63,854 nt of DNA, filler included, from Dugesia japonica (GCA_001938525.1; 6 parts of 6 records of this genome joined end to end with filler, not necessarily neighbours in it); one strand, 5' to 3'; positions 43,513-58,975 are shown, counted from the first letter of the whole stretch. Notes: generated from the letters alone by a model not told the origin. Numbers and translations are program-made.

Positions 43513-44253
43513 ATTGTTTGTTACACGAGTTAAGAAAATGATCAACTACCTTTAAAAACAATTCATCGGTTTATTCAGATTCTGGATTGTCACTGAATAA
43601 ATGTTAAAAATGGTTCCGAAACGTCAAGAGAAGAAATTTTAATCTATCTGAAAGTAGAAGAGAAAGTACTTCAAATTTGAATTACAAAACCTTTTTGACT
43701 CTTATTAACGAAGACCCAAAGCTTAAAACACCGGAATTTGAAAATCGTTTACGGGTCTCTCACATCAACATTGCGATTCATTTTCATAAATTAGGCAAAG
43801 TGAAAAAAGAATGGTCATGGATTCCTCATTGCTTGATTGAAAGCAACTAACAGAACAGGTTGTTAATTTGTTCTTCCCTCCTCTCAAGATTCACGGAAGA
43901 ATTTTTTTTAAAAAGAATGATGAAGGAAATGAAATGTGGGTGTTTATGTTAACATTAAAATAAAAAAAGGACTAACACTTGGCTAGAAGCCAATATTTAC
44001 AGACAAATCAGGACTTTATCCTCGTCAGATAATTATGTCTCTTTGGTCTGATTATTGCGGTGTCATAAACTTATGCAAAACATATCTATCACAGGAAACA
44101 TCCACTAGGTCATTGAAAAGAATTTTCACAAAGGAGTATATCAAAACCGCCCTGGAAAATTTCTTTGTATCTAAGTCATCCACTTTTTATGAAGATTTGA
44201 TCATGAATTTAGCTTTAAGATGGCAAAAGGTCATATACAGCAGTGGAAAATAA
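43513..44253 (+). mobile_element. mariner transposase remnant
   Basis: KWFRN..., SWIPHCL, IMSLWSDYCGVI, LALRWQKVI; internal deletion. Confidence 0.85.
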
Positions 44254-44656
44254 ATAAATAAAAATAATGCTTATACATGAAATGCATACAAACAGAATTC
44301 ACAAATCAAAGCTTCTAAATATAATAAAAAAATTAATAATTTATAAAATAGAAAATGTTGCTAATATATTAGTGAGCGGGATTGACTGTCATAAATCATG
44401 TTTTTATATTTCCTTAACCTCAGCAATATGTTATTTACGCATATTATCTATCAATGATTAGATGTTGCCTGTGACTATTGAGACAATAATAATAAATATT
44501 TATCAGAATAATATTTAAAATTTATTATTAATTAAAATCTTATTAAAAATATTTTTACAATTAAAATATTTACTAGAATATTGGAATTAACTATTGGTTT
44601 TTACAATAACAATTATCGCGAGAATAATTATTACACTTAACTATTGATCATATTTG

Positions 44657-44834
44657 AGATGTCATTAAATTAAAAGCTTCGATCAAAATGTTATTTTGTT
44701 TTTTTTCATATCTTTTTGGTAGTTATTCGAATTTCCAACTATTGTCTTCTTCAGGAATTCCTGAAGAAATAAAAAAAAGAAATAAAAAGAAACAATACAA
44801 CATTTTGATCGAAGCTATCAATTTAATGAAATCT
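44657..44834. mobile_element. Short MITE, copy 2
   Basis: cattaaattaaaagcttcgatcaaaatgtt / aacattttgatcgaagctatcaatttaatg inverted ends. Confidence 0.75.
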
Positions 44835-46284
44835 TAACTATTGATTTCAATAAAAGTAAAATGCGTATATAAGTTAAATTATTCTTTTTAAAATGTTTCA
44901 AGTTTGGAATAAAATTTTCACAAATTGAAAGAGAATTGGTTTATAATATTTAAAAATATTATTCCCACCGTAAAATATTTTAATATTAAAATTTGAAATA
45001 AAAAGATATTTTGAAAATACTTAAAATTTGTCTAATTTTGACAAATTTATAAAAATATTTTTTAGTATAATACAATTTTTTTAAAAGATTTAAATTAAAA
45101 TAATCTACAAACTAAAATAATTTACAATAATTTATAAATAATTAATTAATAAAAAATTTTAACGAATTATTTTTTTAAAATTAATTTAAAAGTTTTCTAA
45201 GGTATGAACTAATTCTTATACTGTAGATCTTTAATTTAATTTTTCTTTAATTTCTTATTATATATCTCAAATTAAAATAACGAGAACCTTTTTTATCTAT
45301 GCTTTTTATTTTTATTAAAAAATATTTTTATTTTATATATTTTTAAACCTCCCTAACTTTGGTAAGAAAATAGAAAATTAAAGAATCGAAACAATATAAT
45401 TATTTCATTTCCGGAAAAAAATTGAAGAATCAATTTAAAAAAATTTAAAGTTAAATATTGAAAATAATAAATTAATAGTTTTGCGTTTAATATGTAATAG
45501 AAATAATTATTAAAAAATAATGCTTTTTGCAAGCTTCTTTCAAAAATACAGACTATGGTTTAAATGGTTTTAATAATAAATGAATAAAGAAAACTTAAAA
45601 GCTTTAAACAAAACGAAAAACAGATCCAAAAACTTACATTAATTCATTAACAAAATTGTATTAAATTATTTAAAATCTTAATTAAACATAAAATAAAATA
45701 AAAATTATTTTTCGCAAATTAAATTTTAAGTTCATAATTGGAAATAATCTTTAAAAACATTTAAAATAAAGAATTTTGATCAGAAAAGTAGTATTGCTGA
45801 TTTTTATTTTTATATTATACATTATGTTTTAATTATTCTATACATTTTACATTTTTTCATTATATACATATAAAATTTCAAAAAAATATAATAGATTTAC
45901 TTACATACCTCATAAAACTTCGGAATGGAAGAATTTATTTAACGATAACAGTATATTAATGCACGCAATTTCAAAAAAAAATTGAAATGCAAATAGATTT
46001 CAAAAAAAAATTGAAAAAAAAAATAAAATAACAATCGATTTATAGAACCAGTCAGATTTAAATTAAAAACAAAACATGGTCACTCAAAACTAAAATCGTA
46101 TTAATGATTTCATACTAGCAATAATAATTCATATTTTAAATAATTCTATTGCTATGTTTATTTTAAAACTTTAATAATAATTTCAAATATTTAAGAAGAA
46201 ATATTTCATAATAAATATTTATCTAGTTACTTTGTTTAAAAAAATATTTAATTACAATTGTCTCTAATTATAATTAACAAACTA

Positions 46285-47031
46285 CAGTTGAACCTTTGTA
46301 TAATTTCACTGATTTTTATTTTCACTGTAATTTATAATCCCAAACTTTTGCCATTATAATTTCTTTTTACAGTAACATTGTTCATATAGTCACCTTCGTA
46401 GAATAAATACTGTGTTTATTGTCTCTTGATACTCACATTAGCTTATGTTTTGAGATTAAAAATTGAAGAAAATTTAAGTATATGCTGAAAAAAGATAAAT
46501 TTAAAAGCATGGTGCACATGTACACCTTTATTTTTTATTAGAAATCTGAATCGGACAAATTCCATTATTTACTAACTAATAAATTGAGCTCAGATGAATT
46601 TAATACAAAACCTTTTGATGCCATTGATACGATGACATAGAAAACCGTTGGTAAAAGCAACGAGCAACCATTGATCACGAAATTCTTTACAAATAAACAA
46701 CCAATGATCATGGCAGTAACATTTTTTATTTTGAATAGCACTAAACCAATTTGTATGTAATAATAACAGTTAAATATAAAAATAATANNNNNNTAAAAAT
46801 AATATGATCATAAAATAGAAAGTTGACTTTTTCTCCTGTCAAGCTAAAACTAGAAATCACTAGTTATGATCCAAAAAATGTTACAAAATATTATGCAGTA
46901 CATTCAAATACAGAATTTGGTAGGTGATTCTTTTCTAAGATTTCTATGACTTATCTCTTTAAACTCATATTTTCCTTACAGCTATATTCTTTATATAGTC
47001 CGGTTAATGCAATTATACAGAGGTTCAACTG
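46285..47031. mobile_element. pogo/Tigger-like non-autonomous element
   Basis: TIRs cagttgaacctttgtataatt / aattatacagaggttcaactg flanked by TA. Confidence 0.85.
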
Positions 47032-47281
47032 TAATACAGTACAAGCCAGTATACGCTGAAAACATTATCCATAAAAACAAAGTATTCTTTAATTGATTTT
47101 TCAACATTTATCTAAAAATTCATTTGCAGACAAACGTTATTAGGATCGGAAAATTTTGAATCTTTTGTCTTAGTAATTTTCAATTTATATTTTGTAATCA
47201 GCAAAAGGTCATAATCATTAAATTAATTATATAAATTAATAAAATATATAGACAAATTTATTAATGAAAAATAGACTTTAC

Positions 47282-50200
47282 TTGCGACTGAACATTAACT
47301 TTGGCTCCGTGTTCAATTAAGAAATTCACAACATCAACTTTCCCAGCTAAACAAGCAATGTGCAGAGCTGTATTCCCTTTTTTTGTTGCTGCATTTACAT
47401 CAGCATTTTTAGTTAAAAGTATTTTTACAATATCTACTAATCCTTCTTTAGAAGCGATATGCAAAGCATTCAATCCATTCTAAAATATTAATATAAAAAC
47501 CGATTTAAAGATAATATGAAATAAAAAAAATGTGGATTATCAATTAATTGAAATATATTATAGAAATATTATTGTTTTACTTTATAAGTTTTAAAATAGT
47601 CAAAATTATTTTCATTTAAAAAACTAAAATTATGATAAATTAAATCTTTGTGTCAATGAGATAAAGACAAATATCAATAATAGTATGACAACTAACGGCA
47701 TTCGCAGTGGATATATCTCCTCCATTATCGAGAAAATCAATTATTTTTTGTGTATTACCTGATCGAGCAGCTCTAAGAAAACTCTGACCACCATCCATCT
47801 AAACAATGTAAACTGATTAAATCTTTTATATAATATCAATAATGCTTAATTATATTAAATGGGAAAAAACTTAATTACTGTTTGGATATAAATAGGAAAT
47901 CAATGAAAATATTAAAAACAATTTGTGAAATAAAATCAAAATATTGTATTTCATCAATAAACCAAAAAAATTTTAATTTTAAATCCACTAAGAAAATTTT
48001 TCTTAACACCTTGCAGTATTTTATTAACTTTTTTTAATGTATTATTTGTTTTGCACTAGTTGATGAGGAAATATTATTCGGTATTACACAATGTTATGAT
48101 ATAATTTGTTATGATTGTTTAGCTGAACTATTTAAATCGTCAAAAAACATTTCCAGTTGATAAAACTCATATAACTGATATTTCTCGACACTACAATTCA
48201 AATGAAGAACCTGAAATTATATCAATTATTAATTATGAAACCTGTAGTTTCATAATGAAAATTATTGAAAATATGAAATCTATTATGACTGATATCGAAA
48301 TTTATCAAGATAAATATAAAATTATGAATTCTAAATACTATTTATAAAAATAATTTCAAATTAACTCATTTAAATTTAAATAATTATTTTAACATTGTAA
48401 TAACATTTCTTGCGATTATGTATTTAAAAGTTTAAAATATACGATATATTTCAGATCTGTTTCTTCATCTGGATCAAATCACTTTTCCTTTCATAGTTTT
48501 CTCATACTGGAGATATTTTATTAAATTTATTTATGTATTCGTTAGGGTTTTATTTTAAATTAAAACTTCATTTTAAGTAAAACGTAATTAATCAATATAT
48601 AGCAGTGAATATAAAGAATTTGTTATTAAATAATATGAGTACATAAATTATAAAGCTGTATAAAGATGTATCTATACAAATCTTGAGCAGTTGAGTAAAT
48701 CTAAAGTAATTACTAAGTGCGAATTTTAAAGACAATTACTGTAACGAAAAGAAAAATGGTATGTCACATAAATTAAAGAGTTAAGAAAGTGAAAGTTGAA
48801 ATTGAAACAGAAAATGGGCGTGGTTAAATTAAATTAAACCAAAAATTGCTGAAAGAAATTCGAATGACTGAAGAAAAAAATAATGAAAAAAAGACAAATT
48901 GGAAGAAAAATCTGAGATGAAATTTTAGTATATTTTATTATAAACAAAATCTGAAATTTTTTCTAAATTTGAAAAGAAATTTGAATAAATTTGGAAAATT
49001 GAACGAGATTTAGAATTTGAGAAAANNNGAGAAAATTGGATAAATATTGTATAAAATAAACAATAAAATGAAAACTTTCAAAATCAGCCTAAATTATAGT
49101 GTTAATTTCAAAGAAACTATTATATTGCATTCGTTAATCATGTTTCAATATTAATATCATTTCTAGTTTATTAAAGAATACAATTTTGAGTCAAAGAATT
49201 CTATAAATCTAAACATCATAATTGTTTACAAATTTTTATCTGACAATTTATGAATTTATATTTTACATACAGTTAGACCCCGTTAAGACGCGGTTCAAAA
49301 ACACACAAATTTGCTTAACACACGGTCATACTATGGCTCCCAATGTTACTAAGCAATCGATATTTATAGATTGATAAATCCAACCGTAGACGTAAGTAAG
49401 CAAAATATTATGTGAAAACAATATATACCAAATTTAAATGTATATACACTTGATATTTATTAACCAATTAGAGCCGACCAACCCTATATGAGGACGGATG
49501 AATAAAAATGTATGCATTTTTCTGAGCCATGTATGATTTTGTTCTTATCTATATAAAAAAAACGAAGACATATGTAGCCTTATTTCATCTTTCTTGAAAT
49601 CTTTTAGTGTTTTACAGTCTTTCTGGTAACGCTATTTGTTATTCATCAATTTCTCCATTAGCGTGAATGGGTTAAATATATTTCATTTACAAAATGTAAT
49701 ATAATATACAGTTTTTGTTAAATTCTTTTGTCAAACGATGTTTTCAAACTGACTTCCGTTCTGGTCCAGGCACTGCTGACAACACAAATAATAATAAAAT
49801 GGGTTTTTTAAAAATAAATTTCAATTTTTATGTATAATTTTAATACTATTCTACAATAATTCAAATTTGAAGGTTTTATGCTAAGATAATATTGATTCTA
49901 AAAAATATTATATATATATATAATGCAAAAATATCGAATTTAAAGATTTAACATAAATTGCAGTTCATATTTTTTAAAATACAGTTTATTAATTTTAATT
50001 ATACAGTATACATTTATCTGTGAAATATGAAATTAATAGAATAAAGAAACAAGTTTTCTTTAAAATTGAGTCAAGTATTCTAAATGTAAAGTCAAAATTC
50101 AAAACTTGAACTAACGTCTACTTCAGGATAAGGAGTATTATTAATTTTAAGCATTAATTGGCAGAGTTTCTAAATCCATATTCCCTAGGAAATAAATATT

Positions 50201-50702
50201 CACTTAGTTTTATATATATCGAGTTAAGAAAATCGTGAAAGAAACAATGAAATAAATTACATACATCAACATGTGTGTCTCGTCTGTTTCGCAAATCAAA
50301 ATAAATCTATTGATTAAAAAATTTGTGCTTGTTGTATGAGTTACATAAGTCACTAAATTTTATTTTACAATGAATTCCATTTTGATATCAAACTAAATGA
50401 TATAAAGTAATGTTATAAATGTTATACAAAAGAATTTATGAAATAGTTAGAATATATTGGTTAAAGAATTTTGAATATAATTAGTCAAAAATAGGTTAAA
50501 CTTATGAAAATATAAAAATTAAAATAAATAACATAAACTCTTATCAAAGAAATTATCATCTAGTAAAAAACAAAATAATCAAATACATAAAACAATAGTA
50601 TGAACTACTTTCTGATTTCTGTTAAAATAATACCTTTGTTGTTGGTGATGATAAATTTGTCGATTTATCTTTATTTTGATCAGTATCTTCCTTTAAAGTC
50701 AT
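47282..50702 (-). CDS. ANK: Ankyrin (ANK1/2/3, unc-44 family), 5' exons 50702-50634, 47798-47697, 47479-47282; rest not in this piece
   Basis: [14 protein letters not shown]...ISTANA|[13 protein letters not shown]...[17 protein letters not shown]...VNVQSQ matches the start of the canonical ankyrin membrane-binding domain, with phase-0 GT-AG boundaries. The first exon ([11 protein letters not shown]...) is less certain. Confidence 0.9.
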
Positions 50703-51411
50703 TGCAAAGGTGTTTGTAAATATATTGACTTATTTAAATACTGGACAAAAATACGATAATGTAAATGATTAATTTAAACATAACTATTTAATATTTTTAA
50801 AAGGTTTAAATATTTGTAAAGTCTGATTGAATTATTTTAGTTAGACATTTGAATATTTTTTAATATAAAAACTTGTATTTTGTTTAATTAAAAATTAATA
50901 GAATTTTAAACTTTTACTATTAAATTTGATTTAAATATGTTTTGTCTAAAAAGCTTTGTAATCACACTTAATAATTCAAAACATTTACAACATTTACTGT
51001 GTTTTATAGTAATCCTGTTACATCTTATTCAATTTTTNAAGGTAATNNCTTTAGTATAAAAAAGGGATGGTCGGAAAATTAAATTTACAATTTTTTTTAA
51101 AAAAGTACTTTTTAAACAAATCTTTTAACAAGCACAAAAAGTTAGAAAAATTTCAATTCTAGTATCGTTTTACTGTAGATCAATTGAAAATATTTTCTAA
51201 CATTGTAGGAGTCTAGTATTTTTAGTATAATATGTGGTTTGCAGTATATTATGTTGTACATAGCCTATGTTTCTTTGTGCTAGATCGTCTAGGATCTGTT
51301 GTCGAATTTGTATCTTCGCTGAACTTGTTGTAGTATTTAGAATAATTAAATGATTAACGGTTAATTTTATGGACAGGCTAGTTCTATATACTGCCACATA
51401 TAGTAGTAGCC

Positions 51412-51447
<36 letters not shown>

Positions 51448-51529
51448 TATAAATTATTAGTATTGGTTTTTAAAGATTTGACGCAGGGCGCTCAGACCAA
51501 TGTCCATTGGACATAATTTAAAATTTGTG

Positions 51530-54440
51530 GGGCATTGCGACTCCTATAACGCCGCTTCTTCGACCTGTATCGCTTGTGCATTTGAATTATTATTACTATG
51601 AAAGCGATGAGGAAGAGTAATGTAATCATTTCCAATATTAAAAAAGGTGATATAATATTTTTGCATCAAATGGTTTTTTTGTTGTTGTAATCCACATTTG
51701 TAAGATTCTATTTCAAAGGTGTTGATAATCTTCTTTTGGATTATCCCGAGCATTCTCTTTCAATCTTTTTTATTTTTTGTATATATTTATCTTTATTATT
51801 GTTTTCGTTATACTATAACTTGGTGATGTATTTACCTTTAACAAAGTTGTTGTTAATTTGCTTTGGAAATCCATTGCATATGTTTCCATTATTAGCTGAG
51901 TATTGGTATTGGTTGTAATGGAACTTTAGTTTTTTTCGTGTATTCCTTTTTGTAGCTCAAATGCTAAATCCTTGACACCATTTTTTCACATCATCTTTGA
52001 TATTATCCCAATAATACTTCTGCATTACTCTTGACGTAGTTTTTCAACTCAAAAGATGTCCTTCGAGTGCTCCAGCATGGTGTTGTAAAAGTAATAACTG
52101 CTTTAAAGAATCTGGCACGACAATTACATTTTTTTCTAGGTTATTGTATATGAGCACGTTCTTGTACACTTTTATTTGGTATTTTTCTCTAGAATCATCA
52201 TTTTATTAATTACCTGTATTTTTTTATCCTTATTTTGTTCTTCTTGAAACCTTTTGGGAAATGTTCCAGTAATTACAGTTGACATAATTTCTAATATATT
52301 TATTTCTGGAATTCTGGATAGTGCATCGGCATTTTTATTTGGTTTTCTTGGTTTTTATATAATACATATGCTCATATCTCGGATATTCATCGCCCATTTG
52401 AGTATTCTACTAGATGCTTCTTTATTTTTCCATAAACCTTCTAATGGTTTATGATCGGTTCGTATAATTATTTCAGTTCTATATTAGATTGGTCTAAATT
52501 GTTTTAATGCAAATATGATAGCTAAACATACCTTCTCGATTGTTGAGTATCTCGTTTCTATTCCTTTTAACATTCTACTGCATAATCAATGATATAGTNT
52601 TTATTTTTCTCATTTTCTTGTCCGAGTACTTCTCCCGTGGCTTATCCACTTGCATTTTTCATTACTATAAATTGTTTGGTGAAGTCTGTATATCTTAATA
52701 TTGGAGCTGTCAACAATCGTTGCTTTAGTGTATCAAAGGCTTCTTGTTGTTTTGGACTCCATTTCTTTTAAGGTTTTTTGATTTTTCATCTAATTGTTCT
52801 ACAATTATAACGTTTTTACTTCCATCTTTAGTTTTCAGTCTTTTCGTTAACTCTAACAATGGTGCTGCTATCTTTGCAAGGTTTTCTACGAATTTCCTGT
52901 GATACCCTACTGAGCCATTAAATTCTTTTAGTTGTTGTACGCATTTTGGTGCTGGAAAGTCTTGAACTACTTTTACTTTTTCTGGATTTGTTTCTTATCC
53001 TTTTTATGACACAATATGTCCTAGTAATAAAACACTGTGCCCATTTACACCTTATTGGTTTTAATTTGATATTTTCTTCTCTAATTATTGATAATACATT
53101 TTCTTTATTAATTAAATGCTGTTCAAATTATGTGAATGCTATCAATATGTCATCCATGTGTACCACCACATGTTTCTACAGCTTTATCAATCTTTGGAAA
53201 GTAGCTGGTGCATTGCATAATCCAAATAGTAGTCTAACAAATTTGTATAATCCATCAATCGTGCAAAATACTATCTTTTCTCAATCTTCCTCTTGTACTG
53301 AAATTACATTTTAGCCCTTGATTGCATCAAAAATTGCAAAATACCATACATTCATTAGTTTATTGAATTGTTCATGTATTTTGGGAAATAGATGTGTATC
53401 CATTTTTGTAACTTCGTTGAGCTTTCTATAATCTATACAAATTCGAATTTCTCCATCTTTCTTTTTACTGGTACTGTTGGTGATGGCAATTGAGAGAAAC
53501 TATTTGGTATAATTCCATTTTCTTTGAGTTCTTTTATTGGTTTTTTTATCTCTGATCCTAACGCATAAAGTGCCACATATGACCGTTGTTTTATTGGTCT
53601 AACATCCCTTTTATCAATCATATATTTTATGATATTTGTTCTTCCTAAATCAAATTCATGTTTGGCAAACGCATCTTCATTTTTATCCAGCAGTTTTTGT
53701 AATTGTTGCTTTTTATTCATCTTAAGATCTTTGTACGTTATTTTTCTCCCATAATATTTCGTTTGTTTAAGTTTAATTAGTTCTGTGTCAATTGTTTTTC
53801 TAATTTTGCTTTGTTGATCTAGTATAAATTTGAATAGATCATGACTAATTAATTGACTTGCTATTTGTTCTATTTTCCCCGATCTCATTATGTTATGATA
53901 TGGCGTGTCTGAATAATTAGGTGAGAACAGTTTATTAAACTTCTGCAAGTTTGTTTTCTTTGGCTGTTCCTCAATTACAATTTCACATATCTCGTATTCA
54001 CTACCATTTTCAAATAATTTACCTAATTTTGTCCCTTTCTAAAGTTCTACATCATAGTTTAATATAATTTTCTTTTCTCATTAGTATTGTACATTTCTTT
54101 GTTTCTACACATTCGAGCATCATTGATAGATTATGTTTTACTGCTAATTTGTCGTTTGTTAAAAAAATATATGAATTATTGTTTTGTAGTTCTGTATTTA
54201 TTGGTAATATACATTCACTACATTGCTCTATTTTTATTAACTTTATCGCACTTACTTCGTTATACTCTGTTTGTAATGTTANCGGCGTCGCCATTTTCAG
54301 TGTGCTAAATCAATAACATAATCCTTTATTCTTGCAAGACAATCCATGCCCAATATGCAATTCTGTGTTCCCTTTTTGATTGCTTTAAAATGGTGTGTAT
54401 TAATTTCTTGCCCAATTGTGAGTGTCAATTATTCTTTTTT
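51530..54440 (-). mobile_element. Ty3/gypsy LTR retrotransposon, degraded
   Basis: FGLCNAPATFQR, VHMDDILI, YSTIEKVCLAIIFALKQFR, RTDHKPL, NKNADALSRIP, HHAGALEGHL on the minus strand. Confidence 0.9.
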
Positions 54441-54724
54441 TTATTATATGATCTGTAAATGATTTTATACCTTTCTGTTTACAAGTTTGAATTTTTTATT
54501 TTTGAGAGTCATTTAAACATGATTCTTTTATTATTGCGAATAGTTAAATGTTAAAAGTTAAATTATGAATTATAAATTTTTAAATTTCAAACCTCTTCTT
54601 GAAAGATAATCTTCGATATTTTTTAATATTTCTTTAATATATTTTGAAATCATTTTAATTTACAAAGAAATATTAATGAAATGCAATATATATAAGTAGA
54701 TTGAGATACTAAGTCACCAGACCA

Positions 54725-55245
54725 CGTAGTAGGCCATTTTGTAGAGATTTGGCAATTTACGTTATTGGTGTAAAATGTTATCATTAATATTTAAAATACT
54801 ATCATTAACATATAAATGTCATTAAAAAATCCTCCAAATCCACATTTTTCACAAAATAGCAAAAAAGTAAAAAAAGTAAAAAAAAGTAAAAAAAGTAAAA
54901 AAAAATAAAAAAAGTAAAAAAATAATAAAAATAATAAAAAAAGTAAAAATAATTAAAAAAGTAAAGGTAGTAGGCCATTTTGTAGAGATTTGGCAATTTA
55001 CGTTATTAGATCTAAAATACTATCATTAACATATAAATGTCATTAAAAAATCCCCCCAAATCCACATTTTTCACAAAATAGCAAAAAAGTAAAAAAGTAA
55101 AAAAANNNNNNNNNNNAAAAAAAATAAAGGTAGTAGGCATTTTGTAGAGATTTGGTAATTTACGTTATTAGATCTAAAATACTATCATTAAAAAAAAAGT
55201 AAAAAAGTAAAGGTAGTGATTTTTAAATTTACATTACAGATCTAA
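54725..55245. repeat. Compound tandem repeat (3 units) containing (AAAAAAGT)n
   Basis: gtagtaggccattttgtagagatttggcaatttacgttatt recurs at ~54726, 54967 and 55129. Confidence 0.85.
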
Positions 55246-57270
55246 CCTCTAACCATAATTTTATAATATTTCAATAATTTTATAATATTTAATTCTAAAG
55301 AGGTAAAGAGGTATGATCTAAAATTTTTATCTTTAATTTTTATCTTAAATTTTTATCTTAAATTTTTTCTATAGAAAATGAGTGTCGAGAAAAAAGTTGT
55401 TAAGGATGAAGAGATAACGAGTGAGTTANNNNNNNNNNNNNNNNNNNNNNNNNNNNNNNNNNNNNNNNNNNNTTAATTAATTAANNNNNNNNNNNNNNNN
55501 NNNNNNNNNNNNNNNNNNNNNNNNNNNNTATACCAAAAGATCATTTTTCTTAAGTACCTACTATTGTACAAAATACCAAACAGATCTGTATTAAATGAAA
55601 AACATTTAAATAGTTTAGAGTTTATAATTATTATTAATTAAATTAGAAACAAATTTAGTTTTAATATTAGTTAAGAAATCATTAATTTTATGTCTTATAA
55701 TTTCATACATATTTATAAATGTATGTATTTGTCTNNNNNNNNNNNNNNNNNNNNNNNNNNNNNNNNNNNNNNNNTGCCAACAAGTTATAAAGGCATGCAG
55801 TTAAACTTTAAATGACCATTTAATTTATATAAATAATTATCGTAATTAAACTTTTGGAAAATAAGACAGTATGAAAATGTTTTGAAAAAAATTAATTAAA
55901 TTTAAATTAACGGTTATGTTTAAAAAATTAGGTAATAAAGTTTTGTAATTTAATTTTAAAAAGAAATAACAATAAATCCTTTTAACTCGACCTTAGAAAA
56001 CTTGCAAACGAACACTTTAATTTTAAACGTTAGTAAAAAAAAATTACTTAGCTTGCAGTATAAATAATAAAGTGCATTTTACAAGTAATCTATGAAAGAA
56101 TACCAATTTAGTCAACAATCACAAATGTTAAGAATAATTGAAAATTTTATTTATGAAATTTTAAGAAAACAATAAATAACTTTGTATTTTAGAAATTTCC
56201 ATAATGTGGTTATTAATAAATTATTGAATTAAAAATAAAATCTTTTCGGTTTATTTTTATTTTTTTAATCCTTAAAATTTAGTTTTCGTTTTCCGATCAT
56301 CATATAATTTTTAGGCCACTAAAACTTCCTTTACAAATTGTAATTTTAAACAGGTGTTAACTAATACACATATAAAAATTTATTTTAGAGAATATGCATA
56401 ATTGCTCGTTATTTTCTATTGTATATATCTGAAGTATAAGTATTTTATAATTTTGTATCAGAATTAATTTTGCATATTTGATCATTTAGTTAACTTAAAA
56501 TTCATAGGAAATCAAAAAAAAGTTTATAGTCACATAATACCTTATGAAAAGTTTATAAAACCGAGATTTTCAATCTACGATAAACCGTAAATCGCGGATT
56601 TTCAAAAACCGTAATTGATTCATTGTTTGATGGATTGATTGATTCTGCTCTCCAATACAAGAAGATTTCTCCATATAAATGAGAAAATTTACGTAATAAC
56701 ACTATTTTGATTTCTTAAAATATTATAATTAATTAGATAAATAAATTAAAATTCAATAATGGTTAATTTAAAATTTATGATCCAATTGAATACTTTTAAG
56801 CAAATTATTTATTACTTTTAATTGAAAATTAATTAATTAATCATAAAACAGTTATTTAGTTTATTATTAATAACAATTTTTGTATTAATAAAATCTATAG
56901 TTATTTATAATTCTCAAATGTACGATAATTCCAAAAAGGATTTGGAGGAAATAATTTAATATTAAGAAGGTTTTAAGTTAATATTGTTATTATTAGTTAG
57001 TTATTATATATGTAATATTAATTTATATTATTTAATGATTAATATTCTTTTTCTGTGTAAAAAATAGTTGTTTTAATAATGTAATTTGGGAAACAGTTCT
57101 GGAAGATTTGTAAAAGTTGAATAGGTCATTTTAATTCTATTTAATACATTTTTTTAAGGAAGATTTTGAAATTTTTTGTATTTTGAATTACATTTTGTCA
57201 ATTTCTTTAGAATACAACTTTTATTTTCTTATTTTATTTATAACATTGTAGAAATTATATCTTTGATATA

Positions 57271-57357
57271 TTAATAAATGTTATCTAAAAGAGAAAACCC
57301 TCTGAATGTAGAGTATAAAGGTTCATCCCCTAATAGAAATTGTTCTTTTTCTTCAAA
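57271..57357 (-). CDS. Probable terminal exon of an AGC-family protein kinase
   Basis: tttag|FEEKEQFLLGDEPLYSTFRGFSLLDNIY* contains an FxxFS hydrophobic motif just before the stop. No upstream exons identified. Confidence 0.4.
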   Translation of the reverse strand, partial: FEEKEQFLLGDEPLYSTFRGFSLLDNIY

Positions 57358-58829
57358 CTAAATTAAACTATTTAGACTGATTCATTAGTTTATTTAACAA
57401 CAGAAATCAGATATGAAATAATTAAATCAATAAGTTCTAATTAAAATGATTTTTATTATAATAAAATTTTAAAAAAAACATTAATAAAAATATTAATTTA
57501 AAAAAGACATAAATAAAAAAAGATAATCAGAATAAATGAATTCATTGATTTCATTTAATTTTTTCAATTAAATAAAATTAAAAATCATTATTTTCTAATT
57601 TATTTATTAATATTGTCTGAATAAAACCATTCATTAAGAAAATGAATAATAAATTTAAATTTTATGAAATTTTCAATTGTTTTTCATTTTATTTATTTTT
57701 TAAATTTGGCTGAGATTTGAAATTATTAATGTAGTGGAAAAAATTTTCAGTTATCTGAAAATTTTACAAAATAAGATTATATAAACTATTAGATGATTAC
57801 TAGTAATTTTCAATAAACTGAAATTTTTTTTTATAATCAGTTTTTTATTATTCATTCAAATATGTGTTTTTATAATTTCAATAATTATTATGATTTATTC
57901 ATGTCGTAAGTTTGATTCAATTGCCCAACGGCCTCCATAGGTTTGATCAAATCATTTCAATTATTGACAATACGGAAAATAAAATGGAAATATTTCCATC
58001 AGCCAAATATTCTTGAAATATTTATTTAAATGTAACGATAAAATAGGAAATTAATCAATGTCATTTTAAATAAACTTAATATTTCAATGAAGAGTTTAAA
58101 AATACCGAAATTAAATCAAACAAATAAATATTTATTTATTTTCTATTTAAATCATACTATACACTCAATTTATTCATTACATTTAATACATCAAATTCAT
58201 CAAAAACAAAAGACCTAAAACATCTTAATACCGGATTTTACTGAATAATATGAGTCATACTATTTAAATAGTATGACCAAAAACTTTGATTAATCAAATA
58301 CATCCATTGAACCAAATGTACTTAATGTAATTAATAAACAGAAATGCATTTAAAAAACCAAATGTATCCATTGCATCTATTAGTTTAGTTAACAATATCA
58401 CAAGTTGCCATAAATATTTATTTAATTACAAATGTTTCGGTGTTTTGTTGAAAGTTAAAAAAGCTACATATTCAGAATATTAAAACAAAGTAACTCCTAC
58501 TATTATTTAAATAAAAGAATGTTTTAAAAATTAATCCATGTCTTTTGATATTCAAATAATTATACATACATAAAACATATTTTCATATATATTTAAACAT
58601 CTTAATTAATATTTTTAATATGTAAAATCTTCCATATCTATGTATTTTAATAAATACTCATGAATTTTAATTTTAAATTAAAATTTTAATCCATAATTTC
58701 AAAATTGACATTCGAAGAAATGTCAAAAAATAAACATTAAATAATTTTAATTCCAACTTTTAAAATGCTATAATAATTTAAATATACTAAATTATTCTTC
58801 AACAGGTATCATTTTACATGAATTTGGTT

Positions 58830-58975
58830 TATCCGCCGAAAATATCTTCTGGTGAACTTATTCGTTGAACTGCCTCGTTGCATTCAGTGTATATTCAATT
58901 TCTGGTACCAAATATGACCAGTTTTTCTTTTCATCTCTATGTTGCAATGATGTAATCTATGGTCATTCGAAATTT
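58830..58975 (-). mobile_element. Gypsy integrase remnant
   Basis: KNWSYLVPEIEYTLNAT...SPEDIFG. Confidence 0.5.

Noticed and set aside
43595-43640. ctgaa...cgaaacgtc as a Penelope hammerhead
   Set aside because: It lies in frame within the mariner transposase (KWFRNVKR) and lacks the required helices.
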